NCBI GenBank assembly: GCA_964016885.1
Contig: OZ024743.1
Coordinates: 353,772,001 to 353,836,000 of the forward strand
Source: Eledone cirrhosa
Taxonomy: Eukaryota
Length of the DNA stretch: 64,000 nucleotides
Direction: 5' to 3'
Shown here: one piece after another, positions 53,672 through 64,000 of the stretch
How the letters are laid out: each line of letters begins with the position of its first letter
Position numbering within the stretch: position 1 is the first letter of the stretch
Translations under genes and position numbers: made by a program
Notes under the pieces: generated by a model
Seen by the model: only the letters and a program-made list of their open reading frames with translations
The model's database searches: none
Told to the model about the DNA's origin: nothing

Positions 53672-54869
53672 AAAAAGTGAGTCCTTCATCAGTGACCCTT
53701 CAACCGTCCTCGGCATTTCATCGCTTTAAGGGCCATATTCCTCAGGTTGGTGCGAACAGCGGCTAAAAAAAGTCGTTGGGACACGTACATAAAGGGGGAC
53801 GCTAGAGTAACAACAAAAAGGTTTAAGCAACGGAAAGTGAGTAGAAATAGACAAGTCCCAGATCTCTATGAATATAAACTCTGTGAAATCGTGAACAAGA
53901 GACGAAAGACCATCAGACCTGGTTGAAATGTGAGCAAGGAAAGAATTTCGCCCAAGTTTGACGGGGGGGAAAAAAGAGAGAGAGAGAGAGAAAGAAAAAG
54001 GAGAGAAGAGGAAGAAGAAGAAGAAGAAGAAGAAGAAGAAGAAGAAGAAGAAGAAGAAGATAAGGGGGGTCTGGTCTACGAATTCGGTAAACGCAAGTTT
54101 TGTGAAGTCGCAGACGAAAGAGAGAGAGAAAAAAATTCCATACCAGCTCGGTCAAGACTGCGCGAGAAAAGAATTACACACAGGTCAAACTTGAAGGAGG
54201 AGGAGGAAAGAGGAGGAGGAGAGGTAGTGACAGAGAATGAGTGAGTGAAAGTTGAGGAGAGAGTAACAGAGAGGGAGACTGCTAGAAGTGGTAAAGATAC
54301 AAGGAACGAAACAGACGAAGGCAGCATGGAAAAGTTATATGTGTAAATATGATGATAATAATGGAGCTGCGGCGTTGCAAATGGGATACATATGAAAAAG
54401 TGAGTCCTTCATCAGTGACCCTCCAACCGTCCTCGGCATTTCATCGCTTTAAAGGCCATATGCCTCAGGTTGGTGCGAACAACGGCTAAAAAAAGTCGTT
54501 GGGACACGTAAATAAAGGGGGACGCTAGAGTAACAACAAAAAGGTTTAAGCAACGGAAAGTGAGTAGAAATAGACAAGTCCCAGATCTCTATGAATATAA
54601 ACTCTGTGAAATCGTGAACAAGAGACGAAAGACCATCAGACCTGGTTGAAATGTGAGCAAGGAAAGAATTTCGCCCAAGTTTGACGGGGGGGGGGGGGGG
54701 GAAAGAGAGAGAGAGAGAGAAAGAAAAAGGAGAGAAGAGGAAGAAGAAGAAGAAGAAGAAGAAGAAGAAGAAGAAGAAGAAGAAGAAGAAGAAGAAGAAG
54801 ATAAGGGGGTCTGGTCTACGAATTCGGTAAACGCAAGTTTTGTGAAGTCGCAGACGAAAGAGAGAGAGA

Positions 54870-54875
<6 letters not shown>
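53671..54875. repeat. Partial tandem duplication (about 720-bp period) between (TA)n tracts; pLTR-like
   Basis: 53671-54135 matches 54394-54875; each copy starts with a minus-strand CUGAUGA AGGAC that lacks a GAAA partner. Confidence 0.75.
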
Positions 54876-54909
<34 letters not shown>

Positions 54910-55040
54910 GTGAGGTTTTTTTTACAAAATGAAAAATAATCGAGGTGTCCTACACGAGTGAAAGTATAAAGAAAAAGAGATGAAATCGAAAATGCAACTG
55001 GAGTCTTATTTTTTTTAAAAATATATATATTTATTTGGTT

Positions 55041-55078
55041 CCTTTACCGGTTTCGCAGTTCTTCTGCTTTTCAAAAGG
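55041..55078 (-). ncRNA. Hammerhead, U3-A8 variant (identical to 5062-5099)
   Basis: CCUU UUGAAAA GCAG-AAGAA-CUGC GAAA CCGG UA/AAGG. Confidence 0.85.
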
Positions 55079-55472
55079 TGAGTTGAGATGGAGGGTCTGT
55101 GGTTTTTCTCACATCTGGTTGGTCTCTGAATGTTACTTGTTTTATATGGAAAAAGTGGCTCGAAAATGCCAGGTTTTTCGAGAAGTAATTTGATTGGTTT
55201 GTCAATAATTATAATAAATTTCGCGCCAGTTCGCGTTACAATAGTTCTTCAAATAAGAGGGGGGGGGGGGGTGTCACAGGTTGTTTTTTCATATATGAGT
55301 GTTTGAATTTCTTTTTACTTGAAAAAAGGAGGCTCACAAAGGCTTTTTTTTGGTTGGTTATAAATGAAATTATGGCTGTCACGTGAACAAATTTTCATTA
55401 AATTTTTGTGCCCTTATTTGGAAAACCATTCTGAATCCTTTTTAGAGAATTTTTTGATAAGTGAAAGATAAT

Positions 55473-55645
55473 TGTTTCTACTTTAGGCACAAGGCCAGCA
55501 ATTACCCAGTTCATTACTGGTACTTTATTTTATCGACCTCGTAAGGATGAAAGGCAAAGTCAACCTCGGCGGGATTTGAACTCAGATCGTAAAGGGACGT
55601 AACTATGCTAGAAAGCATGGCGTCCGACCCTCTACCGATACTGCC
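55473..55645 (-). mobile_element. Young SINE nested in the family A element
   Basis: Interrupts gaaagataat|ggtcaag, which is intact at 5371-5387 and in the inverted arm at 55953-55968. Confidence 0.9.
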
Positions 55646-56347
55646 ATGGTCAAGAGAAAGGGATGGGAGAATTGTTCTGGTTCAGTGAATATGGTTAGTT
55701 CGCTGGGGTGTCAGAATTCAGATTTTCTATTGAATAAAGAAAGTAAAGATATGTGTGTTTATTTGTGTACTTGTGTGTGTGTGTGTGTGCGTGTGTGTGT
55801 TTGAATTTCTTTACTTTAAAAAAAGGTGGCTCACGAAGGCTTTTTTTTAATAAACGTGATTTGATTGGTTATAAATGAAATTTGACTGTCACGTGAACAA
55901 GTTTTCATTACATTTTTGCGCCCTTATTTGGAAAACTATTCTGTAGTCTTTTTGACCATTATCTTTCACTTATCAAAAAATTCTCTAAAAAGGCTACAGA
56001 ATGGTTTTCAAATAAGGGCACAAAAATTTAATGAAAATTTGTTCACGTGACAGCCATAATGTCATTTATAACCAACCAAAAAAAAGCCTTCGTGAGCCTC
56101 CTTTTTTCAAGTAAAAAGAAATTCAAACACTCATATATGAAAAAACAACCTGTGACAACCCCCCCCCTCTTATTTGAAGAACTATTGTAACGCGAACTGG
56201 CGCGAAATTTATTATAATTATTGACAAACCAATCAAATTACTTCTCGAAAAACCTGGCATTTTCGAGCCACTTTTTCCATATAAAACAAGTAACATTCAG
56301 AGACCAACCAGATGTGAGAAAAACCACAGACCCTCCATCTCAACTCA

Positions 56348-56385
56348 CCTTTTGAAAAGCAGAAGAACTGCGAAACCGGTAAAGG
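56348..56385 (+). ncRNA. Hammerhead, U3-A8 variant, in the inverted arm
   Basis: cctt ttgaaaa gcag aagaa ctgc gaaa ccgg ta aagg, read directly on the + strand. Confidence 0.85.
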
Positions 56386-56460
56386 AACCAAATAAATATA
56401 TATATTTAAAAAAAAAATAAGACTCCAGTTGCATTTTCGATTTCATCTCCTTTTCTTTAT

Positions 56461-56534
<74 letters not shown>

Positions 56535-56780
56535 ATTTAAAATATATGTGAATTATATATTTTACAGTGTTAGCAATAAATATTTTCACAGTTTAACTAT
56601 ATTGGGATTGCAATATGATATAAGCAGAAAGTATTAGAGTAGTAGAGTGGGAGTGATCAAACTCTAAACAGCTTTTATTTTTTTAATATATATACATATA
56701 TATGTATTTAATCTGATACTATATATATATATATATATTATATATATACTATTGTAGACACATGTATATGATCTGATATT

Positions 56781-56928
<148 letters not shown>

Positions 56929-57054
56929 AATGATGGTTGGCAAATCACTGATGAGGGACTAATTTTATAATATGTAATCCATGTGCAGCCATGCAGTATT
57001 CTTCTCCCCTTGTTTTTCATATATATATATATATTCGATTTTACTAAGCCTCCA

Positions 57055-57092
<38 letters not shown>

Positions 57093-57814
57093 ATCAGAAA
57101 TAAATGCACATACAAAGATCGTTACATAAAGACAAACAAACAGCTGCATCTGTAGACATCTTTAGCCTCTCTGGCGTGCAATGTCGCACAGTCGTATATC
57201 GGTTGTACGTGGATGTGGGCCCCGAAGTTGAAGAGTATTGTATAGATTCGTCAGCATTAAGTGTAGATTGTGATTAAGATGATGTATATATCTTCTTGTG
57301 AGAGCGGAGAAGATTTCGTTTTGTAGTGTTTGCTTAATATTTTTGGGTCTAATGCGTCTGGGGAATGAGTTCTGTATTTTATTTACAGCTACGTATCGTT
57401 TAATAAATGTTTGTTACTTACTGATGAGGCTAAAAAAACAATAACATCGAGACATACGAACAAAGAGGAAGTTTCTACATGTTTCCTTGATATACTAGAA
57501 ACAGTAGCCAACGGTCATTTTTGGAGCCTTGAATACATTCGATACTACTATGTCTGAAAGAAAGAAAAGATGGTCACAGCAAGAACAACTTTCATCATGT
57601 CAGTTCCATCAGAGTTGAGCTTTTGTTGTACCACAACAGCTTCTTCATTATCATTGTCATCATCGTCATCATCATCTTCATCATCCTCATTATCAGTGTC
57701 AACACCACCGCCACCACCCCGACCACCTACAACAATAACAATAACAGCATCAAGGAGACACTTTGAAACAAAATAAAATTATGTTGAATGTGCCTTAATA
57801 TATATATATATATG

Positions 57815-58005
57815 TAGGGAAATACTTAAGACCCCGACGGCAGAACTCAAGCCGTTTCGACGGCTATTTCTGAACTAGTCCAGAAATAGCCGTTGAAACG
57901 GCTTGAGCTCTGCCGTCGGGGTCTTGAATATATTCCTATTACCCACTCTACTAACCTAAGTATTGAGTACTCTGGTGCGTTATGGTTCCTTACCACACTT
58001 CCTTC

Positions 58006-58008
<3 letters not shown>
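57815..58008 (+). mobile_element. Fold-back pLTR-like family B, copy 2
   Basis: Palindrome 57815-57938 centred on ctag; gccgtt GAAA cggc-ttgagctct-gccg TC ggggtc; (TA)n flanks. Confidence 0.75.
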
Positions 58009-58082
<74 letters not shown>

Positions 58083-58121
58083 GATATTAACAAATGGAAA
58101 CTATATTTATAAAACCATATT

Positions 58122-58186
58122 TATTTCATTATACATTTTTCAAGGACACCAAGTTAAATTATAGTGTGCTTTCATCAGACAAAATA
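58122..58186 (-). ncRNA. Hammerhead motif, family F, copy 2
   Basis: UAUUUUGU CUGAUGA AAGCACAC...GUGUCCUU GAAA AAUGUA UA/AUGAAAUA. Confidence 0.6.
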
Positions 58187-58348
58187 TAATATAGATCAGT
58201 TTTATAAATAAATATTGACATACCCTTAAAAAATGCAACCATTACTGTTGGAAGCTCCCGGATAGTTTACTCCAAATACTTGTTGAGTGCTTTATATCAG
58301 TTATAAAAATATTTGCTTGTTGTATCTCAACAATTTAAATAGAACTTT

Positions 58349-58392
<44 letters not shown>

Positions 58393-58399
58393 ATAATTT

Positions 58400-58441
<42 letters not shown>

Positions 58442-58863
58442 ATAATTTTATAATTTTCTTATTTTACGTCTCTTATATTATTGTTCTGCAACCCCATGCA
58501 TTGAACCACACTGTTATTAAGACAAAACCTATATATTTGCTAGCATTGATATGCATCTGTATGTATATCTATGTTACTAGATATGAATTCTTTATTATTA
58601 TCTCCAAATTATTTGTCGAGCAATATTGGCCATGACTGCTGCTACGGTTGTAGGCAGGCCGCTGTCTTATTAGCAAACCATTTTCCACTGATTGACCTCG
58701 ATGTCACGTGTTCGATTCTTTTTGAATTTGCCACAGACGTAGAGGCAGTGATTTTCTCAATGGCTTGGAATTCAGTCCACGCTTCGCTATTTCCTATCCA
58801 GTGAATTATTTTTTAATAAGTTTCCAGTGTCCTCGCTTTGCCTGGAAACTTACATGAGAATAG

Positions 58864-58946
58864 ACTTTCCTGACGACGGAATGCTTCTCAATATTATTCT
58901 TCGGAAAATATATTTACTCCATTCCAGAAACTAATTAGTTGGAAGT
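58864..58946 (+). ncRNA. Hammerhead motif, family C, copy 2
   Basis: actttc ctgacga c ggaatg...cattcc a gaaa ctaattag tt/ggaagt; stem II is compensated relative to the 6194 copy. Confidence 0.75.
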
Positions 58947-59098
58947 GATATTTTAGTAAGTTAATTTTATAATTTTCTTATTTTACGTCTCTTATATATA
59001 TATATGATGATGATGATGATGATGGCTGCCCCCTCGTTATCGAGTATGGCCATTGCATGATATACATACATACATACATAAAATACATACATACTCAC

Positions 59099-59137
<39 letters not shown>

Positions 59138-59213
59138 GCGTGTGTCTGTGAGAGAGCTTGTTCGTGTGTGATTGTGATTGTGTATGTGAATGTGTTTGTA
59201 TGTGTATGTATAA

Positions 59214-59281
<68 letters not shown>

Positions 59282-59286
59282 TTCTC

Positions 59287-59368
<82 letters not shown>

Positions 59369-59758
59369 GTAGAGTTATACTTTTCAACTGAATTTTCAAC
59401 AGACTTTTCAATAATGGAGGGCAATACAAAACAGACATACACACATACACACGTATATACAAACACATTCACTCACACACACACACATGAACAACAAAAG
59501 GAAAATAAACACAACAAAAGGAAAATAAAAAAAGTAAAATCTATCCCCCATCCCTCAAATATAAAAAAAAGAAAAAAAAAACTAACAGGAAGATATACAA
59601 CTCGAACTTGTGACCTGTCATGACAACTGACCTAATTGTTCAGAACGCCATAAGTAACTATGACGTCACTTGGCATTAGAAAAGAAAAACAATACAAATA
59701 AGCAAAAAAACAAGAATAAAAGTAAAGAAAGAATAAAATATAAACGTATAAAAAATAC

Positions 59759-59803
<45 letters not shown>

Positions 59804-59949
59804 GTATGTATATATATATTTATATGTATATATATATGTATATATGTATATATATATGTATATATATTTATACACACACACACACATATATATATATATA
59901 TGCATATACATATATATATATATATATACATACACACATATATATATAC

Positions 59950-60006
<57 letters not shown>

Positions 60007-60849
60007 AAAAGAGACGACAAATCGGCACCGTCGAAGACCTCAAAATTGCATGGTTGTCATTTCGACTTCTTCAAAAATTGCATTTTTCTACATTTAACTG
60101 CAAGTTGAAATCAACCATGCGGAAAAGTTTATTAACTTCAAGTCAAAGTCAACGAAGCATGAATGTTTTATGAATATATATCGAAACAACCGTTTTACAT
60201 CACCTCTGTCATATCATGTGCGTAGTATGTCTGTATGTATGTATGTATGTATGTATGTATGTATGTATGTATGTATGTATGTATGTATGTATGTATGTAT
60301 GAATGTATGTATGTATGTATGAATGTGTGTATGTATGTATGAATGTGTGTATGTATGTATGTATGTATGAATGTATGTATGTATGTATGTATGAATGTAT
60401 GAATGTATGTATGTATGAATGTGTGTATGTATGTATGTATGTATGTATGTATGTATGTATGTATGTATGTATGTATGTATGTATGTATGCATGTATGTAT
60501 GTATGTATTTATGTATGTATATATGTATGTGTATGCATATATATATGTAAATATGTAAATATGTATATATATATATATATATGCGGGTATGTCTATGTGT
60601 GAGTGGATGGGATGGGAATGTGTGTATGCGTGTGTGTATATGTAGGCGCCGTACGTATTTTTCCACATATATTTATATATATATACACGTACACACCTAT
60701 ATATCTATACAATTTATCAATAATTACAAATATAATTTTATATATATGTACTTTATATTCACTTTTAATTATATACATATATACATACGTATATGTAAGT
60801 ATACACACACATACATACACACACACATATATATGTACATATATATCTA

Positions 60850-60908
<59 letters not shown>

Positions 60909-61134
60909 ATATATAGATTTATATGTATGTGTGTGTGTGTGGTGTGTAATGAATGTGAAATAAACATATATAATATTTTATTAATAACAAGTATATAATG
61001 TATATACAATTTTAATTATGATTTTGTATATATGTATGGATGTATACACACACACGCACACACACACACACACACATATATATAATACATACATACATAC
61101 ATATATATATGTGTGTGTGTTTGTGTCTGTGTGC

Positions 61135-61223
<89 letters not shown>

Positions 61224-61927
61224 ACATATATATATATATATGCATATAAATATATATATATATATATATATGCATATATATATATATATATATGCATACG
61301 TAAACTTTCATAAACTTTCACAGATATACATTCATATATCTACTTCCCTTCTCTTCGTACATACATACACATTCACACATTGTTAGATAGACTCCTTATT
61401 AAAATGTTGAGGGGAGGGGCGAGAGGAAATAACAAAAAAAAAACAAAAAAAAAATCAAAACAAAACAAACATCAAGAGTATCTACTAAAACAAAAACATA
61501 CCCACATATACGTAAAACATTGAATAAAAGAAACACACCTTTGATAGTATTCTGATAGATGCAGGGAAATTTTAAATAAGATTCAATTCTGCCTGTAAGA
61601 GAAGAAAGACAAACAGCTGGAAAATAACAGAAGGCTTTCGTTAATTGTACAAATTTCCGTTGTTAGCAATGCGTGAAATTTCTCTGAGAAATATCTAGTT
61701 TGATGCCAGCTATATAATATATATAATAATGTATAATATATAATAATATAGCATTTACACTCACACATATGTATATATATATATGATATAACGTTTATAA
61801 TATTACACACACACACACATCCCCCCACCACATATATATATATATGCATATATATGTATATAGATATATATAAATATAATATATATGTATATGTTTATAT
61901 GTATATCATATATATAAATATATATGC

Positions 61928-62080
<153 letters not shown>

Positions 62081-62152
62081 CATTATGAAGAGAGAAGAAA
62101 CATTTAGATATAATTAGTAATAAAATGTATCATACCTAAACTGCTCCTAAAT

Positions 62153-62242
62153 TCCTCGACTACGTAGTTTCGTGGCATAAACAAAAACAATATATCATAA
62201 AGACATAGAGTCCCTGCGAGGTCTGCCGACTTATCAAGAGGA
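62153..62242 (-). ncRNA. Hammerhead ribozyme, U3-A8 variant, GUC cleavage site
   Basis: UCCUC UUGAUAA GUCGGCA...UGCCAC GAAA CUACGUAG UC/GAGGA; palindromic stem III ACUACGUAGU; unit about 62085-62305 between (TA)n tracts. Confidence 0.85.
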
Positions 62243-63179
62243 TACCTCATTTTACTAGTCTCAAGAACGCGTCTACACGACGTGAGAAAGAATCCCAAAA
62301 GGCGGATATATATATATACATGTACATATATATATATATATATATACGGATCCGTATGCATATATATGTATTTATATATCTACTAACATATATACACATA
62401 CACATTCTCTCCCTCTCTCGTCTCATTCTCCCCCCCCTCTCTCTCTCAATATGTACACACATACATGCGTGGGTTTATGTGTGTGTTTACAGCTGATTGT
62501 TTCTTTACTAATGATACAGTAAAATAGTAACATACTGGCGCTCATACATACACATATGAATAAATATATATTTTTTAGGGCTATACAGGGCATGGTCTCT
62601 AAATGTTTTTACTCGATCGTATCGATTTCTGTAATTATTTCATCTTGATACTTATGATACTTATTTAATCTTTATTTGCTCAACCAGGCTTAGCTAGAGG
62701 GCTAAACAGCAACAACTAATCGAGCCTGTATGTGTAAACCATCGACTCAATCTCTGACGATCATTCAAACTGCATCATCTAGCAGCCAAGTTTCCTTCAA
62801 ATCACATAGACTACAGGTTAGAAATAGCAGTCAAATAATCAGAAATGACTGCAACATCAATAGTTCATCATCATCATCATCATCACCATCATCACCATCG
62901 TCATAATCTGGCCGAGCTTGCTCGGACAATCATGAGCCTAGCACGCCGTCCATCCATCACGATCAAGCATAAGTGTTAGGAGGTCATTAAGGGGAGCGTT
63001 CTGCGTCTGTACATAGTTACATTGGCTCTAACTACTGTGGTGGGATGCGCGTGACCATCAATGAATGCTGAGGAGTAGCAGCTGTCAGGCTTTGACCAAA
63101 TCAATCTTGCTCACCTCTGCCATAGAACCTGTAAGACGAAAGAGAGAGGAGGTAGAAAATTGAAGAAGGAGCCGTGAGG

Positions 63180-63445
63180 CCTTGAGATGCACCGAAACGA
63201 AGAAGTGATTAGATGGATGCCGTGTGTGTGCGGGCATGCATTCAAAACGGTAAATTCAACAAAAGTGCAAAGTTGGAATTGAAAGATGCTAAAGCACAGA
63301 AGTAAGGAAGCCGAAACTGGAGAGTTCTGAGAAGTGTCAGAGACTGTTGAGGAAAAAGAAACAAGTATGTGATGCGTTCACGATACACGTGTCACGCGCG
63401 ATCACGAACAAAATGTCAAATCAAAAGTTCGTTCTCTCAATCCGG
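63180..63445 (+). mobile_element. Possible highly decayed CR1/L2-type LINE linker fragment
   Basis: Weak similarity only (..WMPCVCGHA.., ..EKCQRLLRK.., ..ITNKMSNQK). Confidence 0.3.
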
Positions 63446-64000
63446 GAACATATCCCCCCCCCCCTCGGGAATCCTCCCCCGTTTAGTAGAGGATTGGCGC
63501 CAAACTAGGAGGCCCAAAGCTGTCGATAAAAGAGCCCTTCTTCAATACAGGATGTTGTGGTGCGACCTGAAAGAGATTTGACCGCCGCCTCCTGAGCTGG
63601 TCAATCAGCCTGTTAGTATATAGAAATAGACTGGATAGTGACGAGAATGTAATATGCCAAGATTATAACTGCATTCCATACTATTCATCATTGCACATCG
63701 GCTTATGAAGTAGAGGTTTCAACTAGACAAACTGATACATGGTATAACTGAGATGGATCGATGAGTAACACCTAATCGTTCCCAGGCCTAATGTGTGCGA
63801 TAGGACTGCATCATCAATGCTGTCATGGAACCACCAATACCACTACATCTAACACCACTACACCACCACAACCACTAGCACCACCACCAGCACCACCACC
63901 ACTTCAACACCACCACCACTACCACGACGACAACAACGACGACGACCATCATCACCATCACAACCTCCAGCACAAGCACCACCACGACCAGCTGCAGCAG

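Larger units (their letters stand above)
54902..56460 (-). mobile_element. pLTR-like family A, copy 2, with about 500-bp terminal inversion and a nested SINE
   Basis: 54902-55950 matches 4922-5680; 55952-56460 is the inverse of about 54965-55472. Confidence 0.8.

Overview
Eukaryotic, very AT-rich, microsatellite-saturated non-coding DNA. The SINE repertoire and repeat landscape fit an octopod cephalopod (inference). No host protein-coding exon can be supported, and nearly all ORFs in the track are translations of simple repeats. The window contains: two head-to-tail R4/Dong-type RLE non-LTR retrotransposons inside a (CATA)n microsatellite; Tx1/L1, RTE, CRE and CR1/L2 fragments; a Penelope-like (RT thumb + GIY-YIG) 3' fragment; decayed hAT, Mutator, Tc2/pogo and Helitron DNA elements; many tRNA-derived SINEs; and several modular minisatellites. 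Main hunt result: about 13 complete or near-complete minimal type I hammerhead ribozyme motifs from about 9 unrelated sequence families, plus several half-motifs. Most lie in short non-coding units embedded in (TA)n tracts with tandem or inverted terminal duplications, resembling Penelope pLTRs or retrozymes. Some carry the compensated U3-A8 core variant (UUGANAA), and some fold back exactly at ribozyme stem II. All motifs were read by eye; none was tested computationally.
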